Assembly: GCA_900321445.1 (NCBI GenBank)
Contig: ONWB01000016.1
Span: 1 to 45,354, forward strand
From: an uncultured Prevotellaceae bacterium
Lineage (GTDB): Bacteria > Bacteroidota > Bacteroidia > Bacteroidales > Bacteroidaceae
Reading direction: 5' to 3'
DNA length: 45,354 nt
Shown here: one piece after another, positions 1-8,819 of the stretch
Layout of the letters: every line of letters starts with the position of its first letter
Numbering within the stretch: the stretch's first letter is position 1
Program-made: the position numbers and the translations under genes
The notes under the pieces: generated by a model
Database searches by the model: none
What the model saw: only the letters and a program-made list of their open reading frames with translations
What the model was told of the DNA's origin: nothing

Positions 1-32
1 GTATCTAAATAAACCTAAGTTCTAAAGCGTAC

Positions 33-542
33 ATGATACAAATAGCATTGCGACGCATGTTCTGGATGATTTTGCTCCTCGCCCTGCAGGTCGTGGTGTT
101 CAACCATGTGCATCTGTACGGATATGCGACGCCGATGCCCTACGTCTATGCGCTCCTCATACTTCCCGCTGTCACTCCCCGCTGGCTGTACGTATTGTTG
201 GGCTTCGCGTTGGGACTTTGCGTGGACGTGGGAGCCAACACTCCCGGCATGGCGGCCGCGGCAGGTACGCTTACAGGACTTGCCACCCCATTCTTCCTGC
301 ACCTTTTCGCTCCAAAGGAGTTTGACGACGACTCGACACTTCTGCCGAGTGTGGGAAGCATGGGATGGGGTAGTTTCATGAGCTACGTCGCGTCGGCCTT
401 GTTGTTGCATGTAGGCACATTCTACGCAATCGAGGACTTTGCCTTCTATCTTCCCCTGAGACTGTTCTTGAACATTCTGGGCAGTACGGTGTTCTCTATT
501 CTTCTCATCATAGCATTCGAGCTCCTGCGCCACAAAGAATAG
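33..542 (+). CDS. mreD: Rod shape-determining protein MreD
   Basis: 169-aa hydrophobic multi-TM protein with LQVVVFNHVHLYGYATPMPYVY motif, directly upstream of the PBP2 and RodA genes. Confidence 0.9.
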   Translation: MIQIALRRMFWMILLLALQVVVFNHVHLYGYATPMPYVYALLILPAVTPRWLYVLLGFALGLCVDVGANTPGMAAAAGTLTGLATPFFLHLFAPKEFDDDSTLLPSVGSMGWGSFMSYVASALLLHVGTFYAIEDFAFYLPLRLFLNILGSTVFSILLIIAFELLRHKE

Positions 543-570
543 GCGAAGGCGGCGTTTAACTCCATCCACA

Positions 571-2415
571 ATGACTCCACAGGAAATGTTCAGCAACAGG
601 CGCTACGTGATAGGCGCTATTGCCGTGGGGATTATTGTGGTTTATCTGATACGCCTGTTCACGCTCCAGCTCCTCTCCGACGACTATCGCAAGAGTGCCG
701 ACTCCAACGCTTTTCGTCGCGATGTCCTCTACCCGTCGCGTGGCCTCATTCTGGACCGCAACGACTCCCTGCTTGTATATAACGAGCCGTCGTACAACAT
801 CCTCGTGACGATGAACGACCAGGTGGGCATCGATACTGTTGACTTCTGCGAAAGCGTAGGCATAAGTCGCGAGGAATACGAGGCAAAGTGCGAGCAGATA
901 AAGTCGCAGAAGGGATATAGCCGCTTCAAGCCCCAGCTTTTCATGACGCAGATTCCGCAGGAGAAGTTCCTGCTGATACGCGAAAAGCTCTTCCGTTTCA
1001 GAGGCTTCGAGGTAGAGAAGCGCACGCAGCGCCGCTATGCCACAGGTCTTGCAGCCCACATCCTCGGCGACGTGGGAGAAGTGAGCGAGAAGGATATTGA
1101 GGAGGCTGAGGACGGATACTATAAGAGTGGCGACTACATCGGCAAACTCGGAGTAGAGCGCTCCTACGAGAAACAGTTGCGCGGCGAAAAAGGACTTCGT
1201 ATTCTGCTTCGCGATGTTCGCGGCCGCGTCATGGGACATTACCGTGATGGCGAGTACGACAAGGCGCCAGTTCCTGGCAAGAACCTTACGCTTTCCATCG
1301 ACATGAAGTTGCAGGCTTTGGCAGAAAGGCTCCTCGAAGGAAAGTTGGGCGCCATTGTCGCCATAGAGCCGTCCACGGGCGAAATCCTCTGCATGGCATC
1401 GGGACCCACCTACGATCCTCGCACCATGATAGGGCGTGAGCGAGGCGAGGTTCACAAGCAGCTGACTCAGGACCCCATGAAGCCGTTGTTGAATCGCGCA
1501 ATAATGGGAATGTATCCTCCAGGCTCCACCTTCAAGATAACACAGGCGCTGACAGGACTTCAGGAGGGCATCATCACGCCTGAGACATCGTTTCCTTGCG
1601 CTCACGGCTTCAATTACAAAGGTCTTCACCTCGGCTGCCACGGCCACGGCTCGCCTATTCCCCTTGTGCCAGCCATTGGTACGTCCTGCAATGCGTACTT
1701 CTGCTGGACGCTGAACAACATGCTGTCCAATAGGAAGAAGTATCATTCGCAGGATGAGGCCATGACGAAGTGGAAGGACTACATGGTGAGCATGGGCTAC
1801 GGCTACCGTCTCGGCGTGGACTTGCCCGGCGAGAAGCGCGGCATGATACCCAATGCCGACTACTACAACGACCACTTGAAGCGTTGGGGGCCGCTCTCGG
1901 TCATTTCCATATCCATTGGGCAGGGCGAGGTTACGGCGACTCCGTTGCAGATTTGCAACCTCGCGGCAACCGTTGCAAACAGGGGCTACTACATAGTGCC
2001 CCACGTTGTGCATAGTATTCAGGACGGAGCTCTGGATACGATATACACGCAGAAGCACTACACGATGGTTGAACGCAAGTGGTACGAGGTGGCTGCTGCA
2101 GGCATGAGGCGCGCTGTGACGGGCGGAACATGTCATGGTGCTGCCATTCCAGGCTACGACGTATGCGGAAAGACCGGCACGGCACAAAACCGCGGCCACG
2201 ACCACTCGGCATTCATGGGCTTTGCCCCCATGGAAGAGCCGCGCATAGCCGTTGCCGTGTACATCGAGAACGGAGGCTTTGGTGCTACGTTCGGCGTTCC
2301 TATAGGGCGGTTGATAATGGAACAATATCTTAACGGCCATCTTTCGAGTGGCAGCGAGGCTCAGGCTTCAAGTCTGCAGAGTCGCCACATAAACTATGGA
2401 GGCTATGAGCGCTAA
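571..2415 (+). CDS. mrdA: Penicillin-binding protein 2 (class B transpeptidase)
   Basis: N-terminal TM; SxxK (GSTFK), SxN (SCN) and KTG (GKTGTAQ) motifs; located between mreD and rodA. Confidence 0.95.
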   Translation: MTPQEMFSNRRYVIGAIAVGIIVVYLIRLFTLQLLSDDYRKSADSNAFRRDVLYPSRGLILDRNDSLLVYNEPSYNILVTMNDQVGIDTVDFCESVGISREEYEAKCEQIKSQKGYSRFKPQLFMTQIPQEKFLLIREKLFRFRGFEVEKRTQRRYATGLAAHILGDVGEVSEKDIEEAEDGYYKSGDYIGKLGVERSYEKQLRGEKGLRILLRDVRGRVMGHYRDGEYDKAPVPGKNLTLSIDMKLQALAERLLEGKLGAIVAIEPSTGEILCMASGPTYDPRTMIGRERGEVHKQLTQDPMKPLLNRAIMGMYPPGSTFKITQALTGLQEGIITPETSFPCAHGFNYKGLHLGCHGHGSPIPLVPAIGTSCNAYFCWTLNNMLSNRKKYHSQDEAMTKWKDYMVSMGYGYRLGVDLPGEKRGMIPNADYYNDHLKRWGPLSVISISIGQGEVTATPLQICNLAATVANRGYYIVPHVVHSIQDGALDTIYTQKHYTMVERKWYEVAAAGMRRAVTGGTCHGAAIPGYDVCGKTGTAQNRGHDHSAFMGFAPMEEPRIAVAVYIENGGFGATFGVPIGRLIMEQYLNGHLSSGSEAQASSLQSRHINYGGYER

Positions 2416-3871
2416 CGAGAAACTTCAGAATCCCGCCTTCCGTGCCGATTGGTTGGTGATACTTCTGTATCTCCTGCTGATATGTGCAGGATGGATAAGC
2501 ATCTGCGGCGCGAGCCACGAGATTGGCGACACCGACTTCTTCTCCTGGGGCACGCGCTCTGGAAAGCAACTTGTGTGGATGGGCTGCTCGTTGGGCTTAG
2601 GCGTCTTCCTGCTTATGATCGACGAGAAGTATTTCGACATGTTTGCCGAGGTGTTCTATTACGTTGTCCTCGTCGTCTTGATAATCACTCCGTTTATAGC
2701 CAAGGACATCAAGGGCTCGCGCTCGTGGATAAGTCTTGGCTTTATGAACATTCAGCCTGCCGAGTTTGCCAAATGTGCCACGGCCCTTGTCGTGGCAAAA
2801 CTTTGTGGGCAGTACGGCTTTGTGCTTTCTAATATGAGGAACCTGATAAAGGCCATCGGACTCATTGCCGTACCGATGATACTCATTGTTTTACAGAAGG
2901 AGACTGGCGGTGCTTTGGTGTTCCTTAGCTTCTTCCTTGTGTTCTACAGGGAGGGCATGCCTGGCTCCATACTTTTCACGGCCGTGGCTGCCGTAGTATA
3001 TTTCGTTGTCGGCATACGATTCTCAGAGGAGGTATTTCCGGGCACGGCTGCCATCAGCGGGCAGGTTTGTGTGCTAGGTATCATCTGGCTCTTCGTATGT
3101 GGCCTTGTCCGAGTATATTGTCCGCGCACGCCCCACGCACGCAGGCTGTTTTGGGTGGGTCTTGGCTTGCACGTCGTAACCTATCTCGTGAGCCGTGTAA
3201 TATATCCTTTCGATGTTGCTTGGGTGCAAATCGTGTGGATCGTATTCATGGCGGCATATCTGCTGTGGTATGGTCTGGGCGAGAGATTGCGCCCGTACTA
3301 CTACATAGCCGCCTTCGCCATTGGTAGTGCTGTATTCCTCTATTCTGCCGACTTTGCCCTCGACAGTTTAGCACCACACCAGCAGGGACGCGTGAAGGTG
3401 CTGCTCGGCATGGAGGTTGAGGACGGCCTCGACTACAATGTCCGTCAGAGCAAGATTGCCATCGGTTCGGGTGGGCTTGAAGGTAAAGGTTTCATGAATG
3501 GTACGCAGACGAAGCTAAAGTATGTCCCAGAGCAGGAGACGGACTTCATCTTCTGCACGGTTGGCGAAGAGCAGGGCTTTATCGGCAGTAGTGCCGTGCT
3601 TCTGCTGTTCCTCGCCCTCATCCTTCGCCTAATATGGCTTGCCGAACGGCAGACGGGCGGCTTTGGTCGCGTCTATGGCTACAGCGTATTGTCCATCCTG
3701 CTTTTCCATGTGTTCATCAACGTGGGCATGGTGATGGGACTGACGCCCGTCATTGGTATTCCGCTGCCGTTCTTCAGCTACGGCGGCTCTTCGCTTTGGG
3801 GCTTTACGCTTATGTTGTTCATCTTCCTTCGTATCGACGCGGGAAACAAAATGCGCAGACAAACGATATGA
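2405..3871 (+). CDS. rodA: Rod shape-determining protein RodA (SEDS family)
   Basis: IQPAEFAK, QSKIAIGSGG, PEQETDFIF and GIPLPFFSYGGSS motifs; start could be 2396 or 2405. Confidence 0.95.
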   Translation: MSANEKLQNPAFRADWLVILLYLLLICAGWISICGASHEIGDTDFFSWGTRSGKQLVWMGCSLGLGVFLLMIDEKYFDMFAEVFYYVVLVVLIITPFIAKDIKGSRSWISLGFMNIQPAEFAKCATALVVAKLCGQYGFVLSNMRNLIKAIGLIAVPMILIVLQKETGGALVFLSFFLVFYREGMPGSILFTAVAAVVYFVVGIRFSEEVFPGTAAISGQVCVLGIIWLFVCGLVRVYCPRTPHARRLFWVGLGLHVVTYLVSRVIYPFDVAWVQIVWIVFMAAYLLWYGLGERLRPYYYIAAFAIGSAVFLYSADFALDSLAPHQQGRVKVLLGMEVEDGLDYNVRQSKIAIGSGGLEGKGFMNGTQTKLKYVPEQETDFIFCTVGEEQGFIGSSAVLLLFLALILRLIWLAERQTGGFGRVYGYSVLSILLFHVFINVGMVMGLTPVIGIPLPFFSYGGSSLWGFTLMLFIFLRIDAGNKMRRQTI

Positions 3872-4374
3872 GGAAGGAAAAGAATAATGCGCCCTCAGCA
3901 GCAAACATAGGCGTTCGACTGCTCATCATAGGCCTTCCTGCATTGATTTTTGTGGGAGTGATAGGTTACATGAAGCTAAAAAGCGACGAGCGTTCTCCCA
4001 TTGCTCCGCAAGTGATTGCCGCAGCGGAGCGTTCGGAGAAGCCCGATACTATGCCCCTGCCCATCGCCGTCCCCGACACGACCATAGAGCAGGGAATATT
4101 GCCCATACTCCCCGACACGTTGCCTGCGGCTCCTGCCGACAGCATTGGCGTCGATGAGCGCACGCCCCATACTGCGGGCCGCGAAGACGGTTTCCTGGCT
4201 GGTGTCTACGACCGCGAACATGTAATGGAGTACGGCATTTCCTACGACGACACCAATACATTCCCCACGGACGAGGAGCAGGCGCAGTACTCCGAAGGCT
4301 ATCGCGACGGATATGCCGAGGGCTATGGCGTGAAGCGTCCTTCCGCTACCGACGAGCGTTCCGAGAGAGAATAG
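3868..4374 (+). CDS. Hypothetical single-TM protein with Pro-rich linker and GYxxG-rich C-terminus
   Basis: ATG 3868 overlaps the rodA stop (ATGA); TM LLIIGLPALIFVGVIGY; C-terminal YSEGYRDGYAEGYG. Confidence 0.75.
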   Translation: MRKEKNNAPSAANIGVRLLIIGLPALIFVGVIGYMKLKSDERSPIAPQVIAAAERSEKPDTMPLPIAVPDTTIEQGILPILPDTLPAAPADSIGVDERTPHTAGREDGFLAGVYDREHVMEYGISYDDTNTFPTDEEQAQYSEGYRDGYAEGYGVKRPSATDERSERE

Positions 4375-4428
4375 GCTGACAAATTACAACGACAGAACAA
4401 TACATTATTATATATAACGCGCACACGT

Positions 4429-4713
4429 ATGAGAGAGTTCCCACGCCCCATGCTGGTAATGGCTTTCCTTTGCCTCGTTCCGGCTTTGCTTAGCGTATTC
4501 TTCCTGTTTGCCCTGCATCCCTTCGGGCAGAGCGACAACGTCTTGCTCAACTTCCTGCAATATCTTGCAACGCAGTTGTTGTGGTTGTTGCCGATTGCAG
4601 CGTTCTTCGCTGGGCTGAATCGCGAGCGGCGCGGGTACAGGCGCATTGCCTACGCAATCCTGTCTGCGGGGCTTGTGCTCACTGTCATCGACGTGCTTCT
4701 TGTTGCGCTATAA
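4429..4713 (+). CDS. Hypothetical small membrane protein (about 3 TM)
   Basis: 94 aa with three hydrophobic segments; fills the gap between neighbouring same-strand genes. Confidence 0.65.
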   Translation: MREFPRPMLVMAFLCLVPALLSVFFLFALHPFGQSDNVLLNFLQYLATQLLWLLPIAAFFAGLNRERRGYRRIAYAILSAGLVLTVIDVLLVAL

Positions 4714-4729
4714 TCATTACAAAACTTAT

Positions 4730-6103
4730 ATGGAAAATCGAAAAGACTTTGCAAGCAAGCTTGGAATGGTGCTTGCCACGGCTGGCTCGGCTGTAGGGCT
4801 GGGCAATATCTGGCGCTTCCCCGTGGAGGCTGGTGCTATGGGTGGAGCAACATTCATTCTTATCTATATCCTCTGCGTGGTAGCTCTGGGCATACCGTTG
4901 ATTGTTGCCGAGTTCGCTGTCGGCAGGTCAGCGCATACCAATACGGCGGCAGCATTCGAACGCCTGACGACCAGTCGTTTCTGGCGGCAGACGGGACGTC
5001 TTGGTGTCCTTACGGGTTGGATAATAATGTGCTATTATGTGGTTGTCTCAGGTTGGACGCTCGCGTACCTCGTCAAGGCCATCATGTCGCCACCGATAGG
5101 CTCAGAAACCGTAGCAAAGGGTGGGGGATATTGGCAGGAGTTCTTCACGTCGTTCACGTCGGATGCTTGGCTGCCGACAATATGCGTGCTGGTGTTTATG
5201 CTTCTTTCACATTTCATCATCGTGCGCGGCGTACAAAGTGGCATCGAGAAGTTCTCGAAGCTAATGATGCCCATGCTCTTTGTCCTCCTCATTGTTCTTT
5301 GTGTGAGTTCGTTCTTCATGAGTGGCGCACGCGAGGGGCTCGCGTTCCTTTTCCGTCCCGACTTCTCGCAACTCACGTTCAGCACGATTCTTGCCGCCCT
5401 CGGACAGGCATTCTTCTCGCTGAGCATCGCCATGGGCTGCCTGTGTACTTATGCCAGCTACTTTTCTCGCAGTACAAACCTCACGCGCACGGCTTTTCAA
5501 GTTGCTGGTATCGATACACTCGTCGCCATCATGGCGAGCATAATCATCTTTCCCGCAGTTTTCTCCGCGGGCATTCAACCCGACGCTGGGCCTTCGCTTG
5601 TTTTCGTCGCGCTCCCTGGCGTGTTTGAGGAGGCTTTCGGCGCTTGGCCGTGGGCTTCGTATGCTGTGAGCATCATGTTTTATTTCCTGCTTGTCCTTGC
5701 TACGCTTACGTCGCTGATATCCTTGCATGAAGTTCCTACGGCGTTCTTGTCGGAAGATTTCCACATGTCGCGTCGCAAGGCTACAACGATAGTTTCTGTC
5801 AGCGTGGTTCTTGTGGGAGTCGTGTGCTCGCTTTCGTGGGGACCTCTTGCCGATGTGAAACTCTTCGACCTCAATATCTTCGGCATGTTTGACTGGGTAT
5901 CGTCGCAGATTCTTCTCGTCGTTGGCGGCGCGCTCATCACGTGCTTCGTTGGCTGGAAGATGGATCGCGCGCAGCTCTACAACGAACTCACGTCATACGG
6001 GCAGGTTCCCTTGCGGCGCGTCCGTTGGATCGTGTACCTTCTTCGTTGGTTTGCGCCTTTCGTAATACTTCTCATCTTCCTTAGTGGTATCGGATTGATT
6101 TGA
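4730..6103 (+). CDS. Sodium-dependent transporter (NSS/SNF family)
   Basis: AGSAVGLGNIWRFP signature and ALGQAFFSLS; ATG 4730 follows an A-rich leader. Confidence 0.93.
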   Translation: MENRKDFASKLGMVLATAGSAVGLGNIWRFPVEAGAMGGATFILIYILCVVALGIPLIVAEFAVGRSAHTNTAAAFERLTTSRFWRQTGRLGVLTGWIIMCYYVVVSGWTLAYLVKAIMSPPIGSETVAKGGGYWQEFFTSFTSDAWLPTICVLVFMLLSHFIIVRGVQSGIEKFSKLMMPMLFVLLIVLCVSSFFMSGAREGLAFLFRPDFSQLTFSTILAALGQAFFSLSIAMGCLCTYASYFSRSTNLTRTAFQVAGIDTLVAIMASIIIFPAVFSAGIQPDAGPSLVFVALPGVFEEAFGAWPWASYAVSIMFYFLLVLATLTSLISLHEVPTAFLSEDFHMSRRKATTIVSVSVVLVGVVCSLSWGPLADVKLFDLNIFGMFDWVSSQILLVVGGALITCFVGWKMDRAQLYNELTSYGQVPLRRVRWIVYLLRWFAPFVILLIFLSGIGLI

Positions 6104-6129
6104 TATTCTGAAAAATATCGCAGAAAAGT

Positions 6130-6160
6130 TTTGCCATAAGGTAGGAAAGTCGTACTTTTG
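6130..6160 (+). promoter_or_regulatory. Bacteroidota sigma-70 promoter for rplS
   Basis: TTTG (6130-6133), 19-nt spacer, TACTTTTG (6153-6160). Confidence 0.8.
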
Positions 6161-6170
6161 CGCCGCTTTT

Positions 6171-6253
6171 CCCCACGGCCTCTGGCAGGCGGGCGAGTAG
6201 ATACGCGCTCAAGAAGCGTTCGTCAGCATGGAAACTGCGAATGCCGTGTGTGG
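6171..6253 (+). ncRNA. Putative structured L19 ribosomal-protein leader
   Basis: 5' UTR of rplS; CACGGC (6174-6179) can pair with GCCGTG (6243-6248), flanking CTCTGGC and GAAT segments. Confidence 0.5.
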
Positions 6254-6308
6254 ACCGACAAGCAACGTAAAAACTTTAAAAATCAAAGTACTAAAATCAA
6301 AGCAAACA

Positions 6309-6674
6309 ATGGCAGATTTAATTAAAGTTGCTGAAGAAGCTTTTGCTACAGGCGTCGAAATGCCTTCTTTCAAGGCTGGTGATACGGTGACCGTAGCATA
6401 CAAAATTGTCGAGGGTAACAAGGAGCGCGTACAGCTGTACCGCGGTGTTGTTATCAAGATCGTAGGACATCAGAACAAGCGCCGTTTTACGGTTCGCAAG
6501 ATGTCTGGAACGGTTGGCGTAGAACGTATCTTCCCGATGGACTCCCCCGCTATCGAAAGCGTAGTAGTCAACAAGGTTGGTCGTGTTCGCCGTGCTAAAC
6601 TCTACTACCTCCGTGGTCTTACGGGTAAGAAGGCTCGCATCCGCGAAAAGCGCGTGAACCTGGTGGCAGAGTAA
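6309..6674 (+). CDS. rplS: 50S ribosomal protein L19
   Basis: FKAGDTVTV, EGNKERVQ, FTVRKMSGTVGVERIFP and VRRAKLYYLR motifs; true start is ATG 6309. Confidence 0.98.
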   Translation: MADLIKVAEEAFATGVEMPSFKAGDTVTVAYKIVEGNKERVQLYRGVVIKIVGHQNKRRFTVRKMSGTVGVERIFPMDSPAIESVVVNKVGRVRRAKLYYLRGLTGKKARIREKRVNLVAE

Positions 6675-6700
6675 TCCACACGTTACCTTTTTAAGCAATC

Positions 6701-6736
6701 ATGTCCCCCTCGCAAAGGGGGATATTTTGTTTTTTC
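6701..6736 (+). terminator. Rho-independent terminator after rplS
   Basis: TCCCCCT-cgcaa-AGGGGGA stem followed by a T-rich tail. Confidence 0.8.
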
Positions 6737-6757
6737 ACTATCCAAAAAACTTAAAGA

Positions 6758-7531
6758 ATGGTACTCTACGATTCTCCCGTGTTTGGCCCTGTGCACAGTC
6801 GGCGCCTCGGCATATCCTTGGGCATCAATCTGATGCCTCGCGATGGTAAGTTGTGCAGCTTCGACTGCATCTATTGTGAATGTGGACTGAATGAGAATCA
6901 TCGTACAAGCGCGCCGCGTCCGACGCGTGAGCAGGTGCGCGAAGCGCTTGAGGCCAAGTTGCGCAGCATGAGCGACACTGGCGAATTGCCCGACGTCCTT
7001 ACCTTTGCGGGCAATGGCGAACCTACGGCGCACCCCGACTTCCCGTCGATAATCGACGATACCATTGCCTTGCGCAACCGCTATTGTCCCGAGGCGCACG
7101 TCAGCGTGCTCAGCAACGCCACCTTCGCCGTCAGGCCGAATGTGCACGAGGCTTTGATGAAGGTGGAGAACAATATCCAGAAGCTCGACACGGTCAGCAT
7201 GGAGTACATACGTCGCGTGGACAGGCCTGTGGGTGCGTATGACGTTGAGGCTATCGTCGAGTCCTTGAAGGCTTTCGATGGGCACGTCGTTGTGCAGTCG
7301 CTTTTCATGACAGGCTGCGACGACGAGGGGCGCGATGTCGATAACACGGGCGAAGGTTACGTCTTGCCGTGGCTTCAGGCGTTGAAGGAGATACGCCCCG
7401 AGCGCGTCATGGTCTATACTATCGACCGCGAGACGCCGCAAAAGGGGCTCCGCAAAGCCTCGCCGGAGACACTCGACGCCATTGCCGAGCGTGTGCGCCG
7501 CGAGGGCTTGGACGTAGAGGTGGCATATTAA
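6758..7531 (+). CDS. Radical SAM protein of unknown function
   Basis: CxxxCxxC (CSFDCIYC), FGPVHSRRLGISLG and GNGEPT motifs. Confidence 0.9.
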   Translation: MVLYDSPVFGPVHSRRLGISLGINLMPRDGKLCSFDCIYCECGLNENHRTSAPRPTREQVREALEAKLRSMSDTGELPDVLTFAGNGEPTAHPDFPSIIDDTIALRNRYCPEAHVSVLSNATFAVRPNVHEALMKVENNIQKLDTVSMEYIRRVDRPVGAYDVEAIVESLKAFDGHVVVQSLFMTGCDDEGRDVDNTGEGYVLPWLQALKEIRPERVMVYTIDRETPQKGLRKASPETLDAIAERVRREGLDVEVAY

Positions 7532-7562
7532 GTTCAGACCTGAAGAAAAGAAGCATTATCCC

Positions 7563-8819
7563 ATGAAACTGCTTGTAGCTATCAGTGGTGGTGCCGACAG
7601 CGTGGCGCTCCTGCTTCGCATGGTCCATGCGGGACACGACGTCGTCGCTGCACATTGCAACTTCCACCTGCGAGGTGCCGACTCCGAGGCCGACGAGGCT
7701 TTCGTGCGCAGTCTGTGCAAAAGGGTGGGGGTGGAGCTGCATGTCAAGCAGTTCCAGACTCGCGACTATGCGCGTGGTCATGGTGTCAGCATCGAGATGG
7801 CAGCGCGCGAGTTGCGCTATGAATGGTTTGAGGAACTGCGTCGTCAGGTAGGCGCAAAGTACGTTTGCGTGGCGCACCACGCCGACGACAATGTCGAGAC
7901 CTTCCTGCTGAACCTTTCGCGCGGCACGGGCATCAACGGGCTGACGGGAATGCAGGAGATTCAGGGGAACATCTATCGTCCGCTGCTGCGCTGTCGGCGC
8001 GAGGAGCTTCGCAAATGGCTGCGTCAGCGTGGCGAAACGTGGCGCGAGGATGCTTCAAATAACGACACCGCGTTCCGTCGCAACAAGATACGCCACGAGT
8101 TGCTGCCGCTGCTGCGCGAGATGAATCCCTCCGTCGAGCGTGCAATCTGCGACACGATGCAGAGGCTTGCAACAGCTGAGCGCATCATTTCCTCGGAGGT
8201 TGCCGAGAGGTTGAAGCAGGTCATGCATGTGTTGCCCGACGGCGTGGCTCTGGAGACCGAGCCGCTGCGTGATGACCCTCTTGGCGAGGAGCTCATCTTC
8301 CGCGTACTCCGCGACTTCGGCTTCCCGTCGGCAGTAGCTGACGACGTTGCTTCGCACCTTGACGACGAGGGCGGCTCGCGCTACGATACGGCGACGCATA
8401 TTTGTACGCGCACGCTGCGCAGAATAGAGGTGCGCCGCAGGCCCACGGACGTGAATCCGCTTGTCCTCAAGATGGGGGAAAACATCCTCCCCGACGGCGG
8501 AGTGCTGGAAATGAGCGTGTTCGAAGGTACGCCGGACTTCTCGCGCCGCGAATGTGCGTACTTGGATGCCGCGAGCATACATGGTCCGCTGGTGTATCGC
8601 GGTGTGCGTCGCGGCGAACGCTTTGCACCCTACGGCATGCGTGGTTCAAAGCTCGTCAGCGACTACCTTGCCGACCGCAACTACTCGCGTATTGACCGCA
8701 TGCAGGCACGCGTCGTCAGCGACAAGGAGGGAATAGTCTGGATCGTCGCCGACCGCGTGGGCGCGAGGTGTGCTGTCACGCCAGCGACGCAACGCATTAT
8801 CCTTTTGGAGAGGAAGTGA
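7563..8819 (+). CDS. tilS: tRNA(Ile)-lysidine synthetase
   Basis: PP-loop SGGADS, AHHADDNVET, RPLL and RNKIRH motifs, plus a TilS C-terminal domain. Confidence 0.95.
   Translation: MKLLVAISGGADSVALLLRMVHAGHDVVAAHCNFHLRGADSEADEAFVRSLCKRVGVELHVKQFQTRDYARGHGVSIEMAARELRYEWFEELRRQVGAKYVCVAHHADDNVETFLLNLSRGTGINGLTGMQEIQGNIYRPLLRCRREELRKWLRQRGETWREDASNNDTAFRRNKIRHELLPLLREMNPSVERAICDTMQRLATAERIISSEVAERLKQVMHVLPDGVALETEPLRDDPLGEELIFRVLRDFGFPSAVADDVASHLDDEGGSRYDTATHICTRTLRRIEVRRRPTDVNPLVLKMGENILPDGGVLEMSVFEGTPDFSRRECAYLDAASIHGPLVYRGVRRGERFAPYGMRGSKLVSDYLADRNYSRIDRMQARVVSDKEGIVWIVADRVGARCAVTPATQRIILLERK

Noticed and set aside
556-2340. Long antisense ORFs (594 aa opposite mrdA; also 11977-13146, 15940-17190, 35271-36446 and 38671-39621)
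   Set aside because: Shadow frames of well-supported genes caused by high GC3 codon bias; no recognisable motifs
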